Source: a virus
Virus record (IMG/VR): IMGVR_UViG_3300044710_000137
Span: 1 to 64,000 of that record
Length of the DNA stretch: 64,000 bases
Reading direction: 5' to 3' (one strand)
Shown here one piece after another: positions 17,901 through 24,686 of the stretch. Every line of letters begins with the position of its first letter. The stretch's first letter is position 1. Under the pieces are notes generated by a model. The model made no database searches. It was not told the origin of the DNA and saw only the letters and a list, made by a program, of their open reading frames with translations. Position numbers and translations under genes: made by a program.

Positions 17901-19095
17901 TCCAGGCGCAAAAGAAGCCCGCTTGTACAACGCCTACATCAAAGCAGCCGAACTGGCCCTATCCCTCTTCCATCCAAAAGCTTTGACCCTGAGCGCGCTC
18001 GCGAGCGACGGCCCTTTCGATTTGATCGATTCCTGGGCATCCGATATGGACTCGCCCGAATTCGAACGCCTGGAGCGGGAGGCGATCCGCGCCGGCGCAC
18101 CCACTGCGATCCTGGGCAGGACTGTAGAGGCGTACAAAGCAGTACGGCCTAGCTCCCTGCCCACGAAAATGGATACTGTGCGGGGATTGCCGGGGATCAA
18201 GCAGGCGGAACAAGCCGCCGCGGCCATGTCGCATGCCACCTTCGACGTGCTGCAGCGCAAGTATAAAGTGCTGGGCTTCGCGCAGCATGATGCTGCCTGG
18301 ATGGCAAACCACCCGGACGCAACGCCCGAAGAGCACTTCGAGGCGCAGCGCCTGATTGCCAAATACATCAACGGCGTCTTCGGCGGCCTTCACTGGGAAA
18401 ATCTCGGCATACAGAGGATGGCCCTGACCATCGCCCGCCTGATCTTTCTGGCGCCGGACTGGACATTCTCGAACCTGGCCACTGGAAAATATACCTTTGA
18501 CGGAGGTCCGGGCGGCGATGCGGCGCGCAAGTTCTGGCTTGGGGCAATTTTCTGGTTCACGAGCCTTTCCCTCGCAACCAGTTTGCTGTTCAATTACAAC
18601 AAGAAATTCCGCGACGTGTTCAAGGAATGGGTCAAGGATCCGACACAGGTCTACGTTGGCGAGGACAATAAACGCCGGCCGCTGCACATGAATATGTTCT
18701 TTCCGGGAGCCACGGGCGATCTCGGGACCCTGTTGCACGCCGCATACAACTACGGCGTGCCGGTAGGAATGGCGCGCTACATCGCGAACAAGGAGAGCCC
18801 CCTGGCGAAAGCAGCCACGCACCAGATGGCCAACGAGGATGAATTGCGCCGCCCGATCGTGCGGAAGACCGGCACCATGGTTCACCACCAGCCGGTGACG
18901 TTCGCGCAAAATACCGCGGCAGGAGTCAAGCAGCTCGCCAGCGATGTAGTCCCGGTCCCATTCACCATCCCCACTATAGTCAGGATGCTGGAAGACAAAG
19001 ACCACAAATACACCGAAGCCCAGTATGCGGCCGTGGTGCTCAACGGACGGCCACCTCTACCATTGGAACCCGAAAAGAAACCACACCGGCGGTAA
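8902..19095 (+). CDS. Giant polyvalent ejection-position protein: 2H phosphoesterase + N6-adenine MTase + SNF2 helicase (DarB-like)
   Basis: PHIT/PHVT (10687, 10909); YLEPAMGVGHF and NVPF (12511); LRPHQ, AHVVGAGKT, VDEAD, WRPRDIEQREGRILRQGN. Confidence 0.9.
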   Translation: MPAELGEGWTLDDSASTPPASPTPPTRAPSKPPADLGGGWTLTAPAARASSGDLGGGWNLAPPWPSIDQAVRMPSAASMQASMEQAERDASEEGGDQPAPPTPTNIPGGIASIPGGALPGMPSPAVPGLTTPFVGHGIGGDYPIPSGQIVQEPFETIPALETIGRGVTRMAQATPTPTHAANPKQTALGLSEVLGGTMQAVGPLAIPAGLVAAPAEAAISLGAGIVARTATPALLKKAGVAPEYADLAGDVAGLLAGYAAGHIRLSPEQQNLIEVLQGKDAPGAGIEDPQVNLLRNMVDRGGTEGERAAAQGALFRKFGIKYGPEDLSGTATPEQSPTPQTAPTQEPATGAAATGAAPTSNVSPEVSTSPVKFSKGEVYTNTQGEAAHITQVSPDGTKISFELTVPGVIKPLKLDWPVGKFQMRMGLTPRAEAQEESGVNAAPAVPSVAGTTVPQPGAVADSNAVPTLQTPPPTPTPTANSQPVQAPPETAGAIPPTQQNRQEAQPLPAITGQEGAAQLPQIATAPEGLPAPDAAAAGAAATPKFDYASTQVNLPSSIANSVIYFGETIPAKILAPEAGHSTAGETGSTGRETEPHITIKYGLHDEDPSAVQEILKNEGPITATLGKASIFNTDDSDVLKVGVESPDLQRLNGLVSQLPHTDTHPTYEPHVTIAYLKKGEGAKYDGKSIPGVTGQTVSFDAVQFSDKNGQHTAIPLAGNGQESGVDGAPATAVSGAGRPSGASQQLPHSLTGAKPRYSYGARQYDLEFADDLDKAAYITAQDKRSKHDADYLKWAMGQTGGSEMDVRQAGANVRHFIKDLAKANSDARSGETRLDIPALARKILSKPTTAATVVPAGGAQPTPAAATSNASPELTPWRELFERYITNGASETEAKILTERRLGKEPESQKARKPEIVTPPAPLTPPVNESIVEPGLPNGTPSSEAHPELAAPESGGGEANAPEGQPGELGPSSLEPAGGSTVEPTPEGNAPSGSAGAGERGIAATPRTSATGDKPADYRITPEDHIGEGSIRQKANDNLEAIRTLKKIEAEGRYATPEEQKILVKYVGWGGMPQPFADWGIPREWQGVRAEMDSLMTAEEFKSARASTPNAHYTSPLVISKIWDAVRRLGLGAEASYLEPAMGVGHFYGLMPEDLLNGARRTGIELDALSGRISKLLYPETDIHIAGFETVRLPGNFFDAAVSNVPFGNYAIHDPAFKRNPVATRSIHDYFFAKALEKVRPGGLVAFITSNFTMDKRDPSVRKYLASQADLLGAIRLPNSAFKGNAGTEVTTDVIFLRKRAPGQKPAAEPWTDLAEIQGNVERPDRSMGKTAMDVNEYYAAHPEMMLGEMGLLGTMYADKSAALTGQLTPEKLDAAIARLPEGAIHPWEAPVEQSGPVAFADAKTVKDGGYAMKDGQLVVRHGDSLIPATNPDWQVKRIKGMLEIRNALREVFRTQIEDASEPEIKKAIRHLNTVYDHFVKQNGYLSQTQNVRAFHGDPDAPVLLSLEKWDPEAKKAEKTPVFTQRTVSAAKRIDTAGSAKEALAISLNEKGRIDWVRMQQLTGQTPAEMQAELGPLIYQNPNARQWQTAEEYLSGNVRQKLAEARAAAGQIGMQPQFQRNVEALEAVQPKDLQPEDIEAKMGASWIPRQYISQFVGELLGVDPRYIQVSHSEALATWTMKVQVGNSNVANVKTYGTDRFLASDLIEMALNMRNPTAYDEVGTGADKKTVINEKETLAAREMQQQLKDRFREWVWQDPGRAETLGRLYNDEFNSLRLREYDGSHLELPGMSASIKLRPHQKNAIWRVVSSGGNTLLAHVVGAGKTYEMIGGAMELRRLGLAKKPVLVVLKNRVEPTGAEFLSMYPGANILVMTPEQFTAANRAKVMARIATGNWDAVIVSYESFEKLPVSDETFNSYLNDQIDDLENYIREMKADNSDAKLVKQMEKAKKSLEAKLRGKADRESKDTGIGFEELGVDSLFVDEADNFKNLFFPTKMTRIRGLPNTESKRAFDMYIKTQTIAKRNGGRGIVFATGTPIANTMAEMWTMQRYLQPDYLREHGLQHFDAWAQTFGEVVPTLEVSPDASGFRLTNRFAKFVNIPELVSGFRLMADVQTADMLKLPVPRLKGGQRTTVPAPASPEQTAYLASLAQRAKDIREGRVKDPRIDNMLKVSTDGRKSALDMRLVDRGAEDFRDSKVNKVVDKVVDIWKATAKNNSAQLVFLDFSKPAEPGEGHKFSVYDDIKAKLLARGIPAKQIAFIHDAASTEEAAQLSHDVNAGRIRVLMGSTQKMGVGLNLQKRLIALHHLDAPWRPRDIEQREGRILRQGNENPEVQIYQYVTEPSFDAKMWDTLKTKAQFIGQVMRGEVTVRTADDVADSALTYAEVAAIASGNPAIREKTVIDAEVRKLDAMRSRHDKQQADLKREAVSLPQRIQAQSQAAAKYQKDIAVRDASPNQFTVGKQTFTGDDARKRAAAAIAKVLDTAKDSREPISFGSYRGFALETRYRQPGITTKGMEPQPLPDITIRGASSYGANTNPDEPLGTLQSIEIAVRGIDGHLNGAVANMTDAQRKLADTNDLLGKPFEQEAKLKTLLDRQRALAKELQTDAADQQAASANLPQPEEEGESVAAAETDAASKNTSEAGFLKFHRPGQAPPMPENLRKFSEDTGETLHWDGSNWVADSHAETEQATAAQNLAVQEMSRAYLDPSDKRFGERIRTSVTGMRDVWIAQTNQLRGRLRKLLPNYVDREALTLMREFRNRPGEMRQFLEGTHPFYGEMRELSPELAADAAERMEKLEPVVERAENPTPEMIEADRQLTEYFTEHLAEGKELGFIDSDIPNEEYITHLLQPDENAPSRISRTAARLFPTRAGLGPKRFQFAKGRIFPTVMHGIAAGKAYHLDATDALTIYGEKWANQAALRTFLNVARDNAIGKWGTDSGLRNGKIPANWVAMAPENRAFRNEVPYINAQGEADVAHQNFYVEPSVNEAMRPIFDPDYTSRIPGAKEARLYNAYIKAAELALSLFHPKALTLSALASDGPFDLIDSWASDMDSPEFERLEREAIRAGAPTAILGRTVEAYKAVRPSSLPTKMDTVRGLPGIKQAEQAAAAMSHATFDVLQRKYKVLGFAQHDAAWMANHPDATPEEHFEAQRLIAKYINGVFGGLHWENLGIQRMALTIARLIFLAPDWTFSNLATGKYTFDGGPGGDAARKFWLGAIFWFTSLSLATSLLFNYNKKFRDVFKEWVKDPTQVYVGEDNKRRPLHMNMFFPGATGDLGTLLHAAYNYGVPVGMARYIANKESPLAKAATHQMANEDELRRPIVRKTGTMVHHQPVTFAQNTAAGVKQLASDVVPVPFTIPTIVRMLEDKDHKYTEAQYAAVVLNGRPPLPLEPEKKPHRR
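9938..9978 (+). repeat. Family A hairpin element (in frame in giant gene)
   Basis: ACCA GC-AACCG G CGC GGCC GCG A CGGGT-GC GGCACCAAC. Confidence 0.9.
10214..10252 (-). repeat. Family A hairpin element (in giant gene)
   Basis: TACCA GC-GACGG A CG GGA CG G CCGGC-GC GGCATTAAC. Confidence 0.85.
10486..10528 (+). repeat. Family A hairpin element (in giant gene)
   Basis: CTACCA GC-ACCAG A CGC GGCT GCG G CTGGT-GC GGCAGCAAC. Confidence 0.9.
11071..11113 (-). repeat. Family A hairpin element (in giant gene)
   Basis: CTACCA GC-ACCGG A CAC GGCT GTG G CTGGT-GC GCCATCAAC. Confidence 0.9.
11461..11502 (+). repeat. Family A hairpin element (in giant gene)
   Basis: GTACCA GC-CGGGG GCGCGCAGCCGA CACCG-GC GGCAGCAAC. 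Confidence 0.85.
11714..11962 (+). CDS. Probable nested (+1 frame) gene, TnpV/DUF1896-like helical protein
   Basis: Amphipathic W..QNP....M...G.L...G...EA.E.A pattern overlapping a disordered linker just before the MTase. Confidence 0.55.
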   Translation: MEPQVQKLIQNWQRQNPEAVKRMRQKGNLESLALAALNRQAEVLSSLLQKGTPHLEAQELANEELQLPPGPVQPEINPPITA

Positions 19096-19208
19096 TTCAG
19101 CGCCGGCGCGTCTTTCGCAGATAGCCCAGCGAGTCTCCGCAAGCCATCCCCAGCAGGAACGCCAGAACGACAAGTGTGGCTATAGCGACTGGGGACATAG
19201 CATCCAGC

Positions 19209-19466
19209 TTACCATGCCCCGCGCGCCTTCAGCCCCAGCACCGTACGTATGTGGATGACACTTTCCGGCAGCACGTAGGCGCCGGCGCGGGCGCTCTCGA
19301 CCCAATGCGGCGGGAACTCTTCCAGCGCTTCCACGGGGACGCCCTCAAAGCCGTCGAGCACTTGGCGGGTCGGATTTGACTCGATTTTCCAAGCGCGCAG
19401 GTGCAGCAGCTTGCGCCAGAATACATGGTCGATGGCGCGGTCCACGTCTTGCGCTGTTATTTTCAC
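19209..19466 (-). CDS. Hypothetical protein
   Basis: GTG start with GGAGG SD. Confidence 0.55.
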   Translation of the reverse strand: MKITAQDVDRAIDHVFWRKLLHLRAWKIESNPTRQVLDGFEGVPVEALEEFPPHWVESARAGAYVLPESVIHIRTVLGLKARGAW

Positions 19467-19507
19467 GCCACCCTCCACCGGGCCGGAAATCCCGCAAAGA
19501 ACCCCAA

Positions 19508-19593
19508 CCGGGCATGCGGCCAAAGGTGCGCAGCACCGAACCGCTCACCCATTTGCCCATCGCGCGCGGGCGCTAAAAGCCCGAAGCTCACCA
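19508..19593 (+). repeat. Family B element
   Basis: CGGGCATGCGG..GGTGC GCA GCACC..CGCTCACCCATTTGCCC..GGGC..GCCCGAAGCTCACCA. Confidence 0.9.
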
Positions 19594-19601
19594 GCAACTC
19601 A

Positions 19602-20429
19602 TCAGTTTGGCGTCCCACCACCAGCTATTAAAGCTGCCTTTGCCGCTTCGTAATTAGCCTCAAGTACAGCCAATACTGCTTGTGCATCAACAACCATCCA
19701 TGTTGGTTTTCCAAATAAAGGATTAGCCGGCCATCCATTTGGAAATAACTGAAGAGATTCCCCCGCCTCCAAAGCTCTGATCGGCGCCGGCATGGTAACC
19801 GCTGAAGCTGGAGCCTGGGTTACCTGAGGAGAGACCGTCCACAGCAACGAGCCGTTCTGCAGCGACCAAGAGCCTCCAGATCCAACCCCGCCCGAATTCA
19901 TTATCGCTATCAGGTTTTGGCAGTTGCCGACTCCTGGAATAACCCACTCTCTCCGCTGTTCTCCTGCTGCGTATTGCCAGGGCCAGTATCCCATATCTGC
20001 TTCAATGGGCGTTAGGGTTTGCTTGTAAAGGGACTGAAGCAGTGACGCTAACGCTTGAGCCTGGGCTTGCGTGCAGACTTCAGAGGAAACGTCCCCGCCT
20101 GTGAATCCCAACAATCCTTCCACCGTGACCTCGCACGGTTCGACGCTGTATTTCGGGTAGACGTAGGCTCCCGGCAGATTGTAAAAGGGCGCCAGGTCAT
20201 CCGAGATGGGCATCGAGCTTTCAAATCCGTTCGCCTGATTGGCGGGATCCAGATAATTGAAGGTTCCAGTTCCAACTGGAAGAATCCATCCTTTGATCGG
20301 CAGGGAGGGATCATAAGGGCCTATCTGAGTATTGGTTATACCAGCAGCTAGAGCAGCTGCGCGGCTGACAAAATTAGGAACAGTTGCCAGTTTAGAAGCT
20401 GGGAAGGGGTATGCGGGAGAGGGTGTCAT
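19602..20429 (-). CDS. Hypothetical protein (275 aa)
   Basis: Clean ORF with AAGGT SD; both ends AT-shifted. Confidence 0.75.
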   Translation of the reverse strand: MTPSPAYPFPASKLATVPNFVSRAAALAAGITNTQIGPYDPSLPIKGWILPVGTGTFNYLDPANQANGFESSMPISDDLAPFYNLPGAYVYPKYSVEPCEVTVEGLLGFTGGDVSSEVCTQAQAQALASLLQSLYKQTLTPIEADMGYWPWQYAAGEQRREWVIPGVGNCQNLIAIMNSGGVGSGGSWSLQNGSLLWTVSPQVTQAPASAVTMPAPIRALEAGESLQLFPNGWPANPLFGKPTWMVVDAQAVLAVLEANYEAAKAALIAGGGTPN

Positions 20430-20459
20430 TTACCTTGGAGTATACCAAAGCCTATAAAT

Positions 20460-20545
20460 TGGTGAGCCTCGTAAGCTGAGGCCGCCAGCCGTTCACCGGT
20501 AAAACGGGTGGATATTTCTCTGCCGCGCATCCCCTCCCGCATCCT
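20460..20545 (-). repeat. Family B element
   Basis: TGGTGAGCCTCGTAAGCTGAGGCCGCCAGCCGTTCACC..TGCCGCGCA..CCGCAT. Confidence 0.85.
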
Positions 20546-20725
20546 CTACTTGCCGAACAGTTGCACTGACCTTACGCCGTAGCTGGAGTTTCCAATGGAC
20601 ATCAATAATCGCGAACTATCCGACTGGGACGATTGGGGAAGCGAAGACGACGCGCCCTGGTGGTTCGGCCCGTGTTTCAGTCCAGCCCACCGTGCGCCGT
20701 GGCAAAAGCGTTGCCCCTCGACGAC

Positions 20726-20812
20726 TCGGGCATGCGGTAGGAGTTGCCCGACACCCCAGCGTTCACCCATTGGCCTGACTTAACCCCGCAACAAACCGCC
20801 CGAAGCCCACCT
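20726..20812 (+). repeat. Family B element
   Basis: TCGGGCATGCGGTAGGAG..CGTTCACCCATTGGCC..GCCCGAAGCCCACC. Confidence 0.85.
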
Positions 20813-20860
20813 ATTTATAATTCCCTTCCCCTGTATTTCACTGTGTAAGTAGAACTGTGT

Positions 20861-21193
20861 CTATTGAGATTTCCGTCCGGACAAGAAGTGCGCGGTGGTC
20901 TCCTCTATTTGCTCGGGGGATGCCTGCGTCGGTCCAACTATAGTTCGCGGCGCACCCAGACCGAGCTTCGATTCAATATCCTCTTGAATGGCGCGCATTT
21001 CTTCCGGCGTCGGTCTTCTCTTCCACATTTGCATGAAGGCCATGCGGACCTCCGCTCCCACCGCCTTCATCGCTGGCGTGACGACGCACTTATTCCCCGT
21101 GTCCAGATGGAAGCAGGCTGGTTGTAATGTCTGATCTGCGCCTGAGACATCCGGGTGGTGTGGAATCGCATGGATACCGATTATCTTCGCCAT
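20861..21193 (-). CDS. Hypothetical protein
   Basis: 110 aa ORF between facing B elements. Confidence 0.65.
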   Translation of the reverse strand: MAKIIGIHAIPHHPDVSGADQTLQPACFHLDTGNKCVVTPAMKAVGAEVRMAFMQMWKRRPTPEEMRAIQEDIESKLGLGAPRTIVGPTQASPEQIEETTAHFLSGRKSQ

Positions 21194-21205
21194 CTATCAG
21201 CCTTT

Positions 21206-21292
21206 TGTGAGCCTCGATTTACTTGTCCTCTCACGTTGCCATCGGGGAACTGTAGCGCGCTTATCAGTCATGCGAAATCTCCCGCATGCCCG
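21206..21292 (-). repeat. Family B element (degenerate)
   Basis: TGTGAGCCTCGA..ATCGGGGAACTG..GCGCTT..CCGCATGCCCG. Confidence 0.7.
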
Positions 21293-21525
21293 CCTGGGGG
21301 ATTGAGCGGCAGTTCAGCGACGTCCGGCAGCTCATACCGCGTGAAGTGGGAATTGCCGCTATTCAGCCGGTTCATAAAATCCAGGTGGCGCCTGAAGTCC
21401 ACCGACCGCGATCCGACTTCGCGGAGGATGGCGCCCCCGGCTAGACCCAACTGCCAGATCAGTCGCTGGTAATCCGCGCGGGTCATCTGGAGGATGACTT
21501 CATCGCCGTTTTCGGTGTAGGTCAT
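21268..21525 (-). CDS. Hypothetical protein
   Basis: ATGA-coupled to upstream gene. Confidence 0.55.
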   Translation of the reverse strand: MTYTENGDEVILQMTRADYQRLIWQLGLAGGAILREVGSRSVDFRRHLDFMNRLNSGNSHFTRYELPDVAELPLNPPGGHAGDFA

Positions 21526-22160
21526 CCCGCCGCCTTCGCTTTGTCGCCAGCTTCCAGGATCGCCATCGCTTCTTGTAGCAGGTGAAATTGCTCCACGTTG
21601 GCCGTAGGTGCGTCCGGATGCCATTTCGCGGCCACCGCCCGGTAGGTCCGCTTACGCACCTCGATATCGTACAGCAGGGCGTCCTTACTGGCTAATCCGT
21701 GAACCGACAGAAACTGGGCAGCCGCATCCGCGCTCTCGAAATGCGTGCCCGCGCCCGGCGCCGCGATCTGCCGCCAGCCCTGGTACTGCTCGGCCCGTTT
21801 CGTGACTCCGTACCGATCTACCGCGCGCAGCGCTTGGAGAGATAGCCCGATGGCCCTAACGTTCGCCTGCCAGTCGGCATAGCGGTCGCACGGAAAGGAA
21901 AGTGGGCCATTGGCGCTCTCGAAGGTGAGGATCACGCCGGCGTCGGTGAACCTGGCGTTCGATTTCGGCCAGCCGTCGTTGCGGATATCCTGCCAGCCGA
22001 TAGATGCTTGCAATACTACGTCTTTGGCGCGTAGCTTGGCCAGTTCGTATTCGAGGAGGTCGAGGGTTTTGATGTATGTAGAATTGAATGGGCTGGGCTT
22101 GCGCCCTCTGGTGCGCTCGCCCGGCCATTTCTCGATAGGCACAAACCGGAGTTGAATCAT
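21522..22160 (-). CDS. Phage protein with C-terminal J-domain
   Basis: RKRTYRAVAAKWHPD...F..LQEA J-domain HPD motif. Confidence 0.75.
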   Translation of the reverse strand: MIQLRFVPIEKWPGERTRGRKPSPFNSTYIKTLDLLEYELAKLRAKDVVLQASIGWQDIRNDGWPKSNARFTDAGVILTFESANGPLSFPCDRYADWQANVRAIGLSLQALRAVDRYGVTKRAEQYQGWRQIAAPGAGTHFESADAAAQFLSVHGLASKDALLYDIEVRKRTYRAVAAKWHPDAPTANVEQFHLLQEAMAILEAGDKAKAAG

Positions 22161-22438
22161 CCCACCACCTGAATCAACGGCTCCTCGGCCAACGATTCAG
22201 CCTTCAACCTGGCGGACGCTTCCCGCAGCATGACGTTTATAGCCTTGGTGAAGCGCGTGTTATTTTCCGTCGCCGACGTCGCCATGGTGAATTCCGCCAT
22301 CACGAATGCGAAGGCGTCGATAGATCCGTCGCAGACCGAACATAGGTCAGGCTCTACCCAGTAGCATCCCAAGGCGCAGCCGTTTTCCACCGTACACCCG
22401 CAGCTGCGGCAGACGCCGACAATAGTCTGCTCGCTCAT
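22157..22438 (-). CDS. Cys-rich protein (CRxCGCT..C..WV..DLCxxC)
   Basis: Same motif as 36654-36983. Confidence 0.65.
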   Translation of the reverse strand: MSEQTIVGVCRSCGCTVENGCALGCYWVEPDLCSVCDGSIDAFAFVMAEFTMATSATENNTRFTKAINVMLREASARLKAESLAEEPLIQVVG

Positions 22439-22986
22439 ACCTGGCTAGCCCCGCTTTTAGCTCCCGTCCCTTTCCCCCGCTGTTGAAACCTTGCATTCCA
22501 CGCGCCCATCATAGCTGCGTAAAATTGTTCTGTCCCGTGGCCCTCCGCTCCAATCAACTCGCCGTCTTTCCCTGGGTTGTCGTGTTTGAATCTCCCTAGC
22601 GCTATCGAGCGACCCTTGTTCCGTGAGAATTGGTCATCCACGGAGGATGTGGCCTTGTGTATCATGCGCTCGTTCCATTTGCCGGTTACCAGGTCCAACT
22701 GCATTAACCGGCAGACCGTTTCCCATGTGGTTTTCGTGCGGGTGATCGAGATCTGTTCGTTGGGACCCCGGCGAAGCTGCGCTAATCTTTCACCTCCCCG
22801 AGGCTGGTCGATTTCAATTCCCAGGATAACGGGACCTTCGGCATTCAGCGCGGTCACCTTCGTTGCACCGGTTGCAAGCCAGACTTCACCCTTGCGTCCG
22901 ATCTCTATTTCTCGGGTGACTTCTTTCTTTTGGTACCTAAAACCGAATCTATACTTCTGGCCGTTGAAGTCAAATTGCATATTCAC
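22435..22986 (-). CDS. Hypothetical protein
   Basis: Coupled in leftward operon. Confidence 0.65.
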   Translation of the reverse strand: MNMQFDFNGQKYRFGFRYQKKEVTREIEIGRKGEVWLATGATKVTALNAEGPVILGIEIDQPRGGERLAQLRRGPNEQISITRTKTTWETVCRLMQLDLVTGKWNERMIHKATSSVDDQFSRNKGRSIALGRFKHDNPGKDGELIGAEGHGTEQFYAAMMGAWNARFQQRGKGTGAKSGASQV

Positions 22987-23288
22987 ACCCTCTTGTCTTT
23001 AGTGAGCCTCGTTGCTTTGGTTGCCCGGGTGGCATCCAGGCCAATGGTGGATGATTGTTTGTTGCGCGCCTTTGGCCGCATGCCCGGCTGGGGGTTGGGT
23101 GGCATAGTAATCACGGCGTAAACCGTGGTCCGCTCTATTCTGCCGACTACGTATGGGCGCCCTTGCTTGGTGACCGTTGTCAGGACCGCCGGCACATCGC
23201 CTTGCATTATTACCGTGATTGTGCGCCCTCCGTGGAGCGGCGAGAGCGTGACGCGGTATCCCTCTCCGGGTTCTATCCTCATCCTCAC
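22983..23288 (-). CDS. Hypothetical protein (C-terminus encoded by a B element)
   Basis: Coupled overlaps on both sides. Confidence 0.5.
   Translation of the reverse strand: MRMRIEPGEGYRVTLSPLHGGRTITVIMQGDVPAVLTTVTKQGRPYVVGRIERTTVYAVITMPPNPQPGMRPKARNKQSSTIGLDATRATKATRLTKDKRV
23001..23090 (-). repeat. Family B element
   Basis: AGTGAGCCTCG..AGGCCAATGG..GCGCGCCTTTGGCCGCATGCCCGG. Confidence 0.85.
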
Positions 23289-23461
23289 GCGATGACTCTC
23301 TTTTTAGGCGTTCGCTTTGTCTTCTTGTCCGCCGCGGCCTTCTTGGGCCAGCGGGCAGCAGCACCCTTGCGCCCGATGGCGCTCAACTCTTCAGTGCTGA
23401 GGTTGTGGGCGCGCGCCTTCCCGCCCAGCTTGCCGATCTTCGCGGTGTCGATCAAGGCCAT
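23285..23461 (-). CDS. Small basic protein (GGKARA..L..EE.S.I.RK.A.ARW type), candidate DNA-binding regulator
   Basis: 58 aa MALIDTAKIGKLGGKARAHNLSTEELSAIGRKGAAARW; below the ORF-track cutoff. Confidence 0.7.
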   Translation of the reverse strand: MALIDTAKIGKLGGKARAHNLSTEELSAIGRKGAAARWPKKAAADKKTKRTPKKRVIA

Positions 23462-23478
23462 AGTCTTTCAATTTGACA

Positions 23479-23593
23479 GACGGCGGGCGGGAGTCGAACC
23501 CGCGCTGGCCGCGAAGGAGCTTCCGGCTGCCCCCGCACGGCCTTGACCTTGGTTCGTAGCCAAGCGCTCTGAAATCCACTGAGCTACCGCCGC
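23479..23593 (-). tRNA. tRNA-Arg(ACG) with an abnormally long variable arm
   Basis: GCGGCGG/CCGCCGT acceptor, GCTC/GAGC D-stem, CTTGG CT ACG AA CCAAG, GCGGG TTCGACT CCCGC; ~44-nt variable region; no encoded CCA. Confidence 0.85.
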
Positions 23594-23601
23594 TATTCCG
23601 A

Positions 23602-23631
23602 ATTGTATGCCTAGTCGGCATGCAACGTCAA
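23602..23631 (-). promoter_or_regulatory. Sigma70-type leftward promoter
   Basis: TTGACG-18-TACAAT, 8 nt upstream of the tRNA 5' end. Confidence 0.75.
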
Positions 23632-23672
23632 GCCTAGCCGCTACGCTATTGAAAACGCACAGTAAACAACTA

Positions 23673-23702
23673 TTGACACTACCTAGCCGCTAGGCATATA
23701 CT
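23673..23702 (+). promoter_or_regulatory. Sigma70-type rightward promoter with palindromic operator
   Basis: TTGACA-18-TATACT; spacer contains CCTAG CCG CTAGG. Confidence 0.8.
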
Positions 23703-23725
23703 TGTGTCTGGAGGTACACATAACG

Positions 23726-23998
23726 ATGACCGATAACGCGAAACGGCGAGGGGGCGACGGGGTGAACCGGCGAAGCCTTACCGAAAAGCGGTACACCAAC
23801 ATCCTCGATGCCATGGCGATCACGCACAGGATGGTCGAGATTCTGGACAGCCGCGTGAAGATTCTTGAGTCTCTAGTCCCGCGCATGGAATGGCTCGACG
23901 ATCAAATAACCACCTACCTCTCTAAGCAGGATCCAGCGATCCGGCGCGGAGCGACGGGCGCGGCATCAAACCCAAAAGACTTGAAAGGTGGAAATTAA
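23726..23998 (+). CDS. Hypothetical protein
   Basis: GGAGGT SD, first gene after the promoter. Confidence 0.65.
   Translation: MTDNAKRRGGDGVNRRSLTEKRYTNILDAMAITHRMVEILDSRVKILESLVPRMEWLDDQITTYLSKQDPAIRRGATGAASNPKDLKGGN
23931..23972 (+). repeat. Family A hairpin element
   Basis: ATCCA GC-GATCCG G CGC GGA GCG A CGGGC-GC GGCATCAAAC. Confidence 0.85.
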
Positions 23999-24472
23999 AT
24001 GACTCATCAACAACCCCTCGCCTTACCATCCGCCCCCCTTCAGTGCATGCACTGTGGCGGCACTCGCTCCTCAGTAGAACTGGAACGCCAAACCATCGAC
24101 ACCCGTTTCACGCGCTACTCCAAAGGACTGCCCTGGAGTAAAGCACCCTGCTGTGAACCACCGGATATCGAAGCCCCTTTGCTCGACGACGAAGCCACCG
24201 TTCTGCGCTGCCCGGAATGCGCCGGCGAGGACTTCGATATCCGCTCCTACGATTTCGGCACCGACAACCAAACCGGCTACCACGACGCCGGCGAACGCTA
24301 TGAATGCTCATGCGGCGCAACCGGCGACGCGGCGGACCTGGAGCGGGTAACCATCGTCCTCAATCACGAGCTGGCTCCGGAGTGGCCCGAGATCCCCGTG
24401 TTGAAGCCCATCGGCGTGAAGGTGCATAAGTTCACGGCGCCGGAATTCACCAAGCTGCCGGAGGTGGCGTGA
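23999..24472 (+). CDS. Zn-finger hypothetical protein
   Basis: CxxC motifs, coupled operon. Confidence 0.65.
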   Translation: MTHQQPLALPSAPLQCMHCGGTRSSVELERQTIDTRFTRYSKGLPWSKAPCCEPPDIEAPLLDDEATVLRCPECAGEDFDIRSYDFGTDNQTGYHDAGERYECSCGATGDAADLERVTIVLNHELAPEWPEIPVLKPIGVKVHKFTAPEFTKLPEVA

Positions 24473-24686
24473 TGCGCCCAAAACGCCCCAACCGTTTCGG
24501 AGTAGGCCAAGCGGGCCCAGGCTTCAAGATGGACGCGCCAGGGCCGGGTAGGGTGATAGTTGATCGCCCGCAAGTCATCGCGCCCTATCTATCCCGATGC
24601 TGCGGTGTTGCTACCAAGTTCGTCGCCCGGCGCGGAGAGCGGGACCTTCGCAGGTGCGGCCAGTGCGGCCAGGAGGATATTTACTG

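Noticed and set aside
1844-19005. Long antisense/alternative ORFs (1844-3229, 13062-14057, 15712-16569, 17959-19005)
   Set aside because: Shadows of GC-rich real genes with no recognisable motifs.
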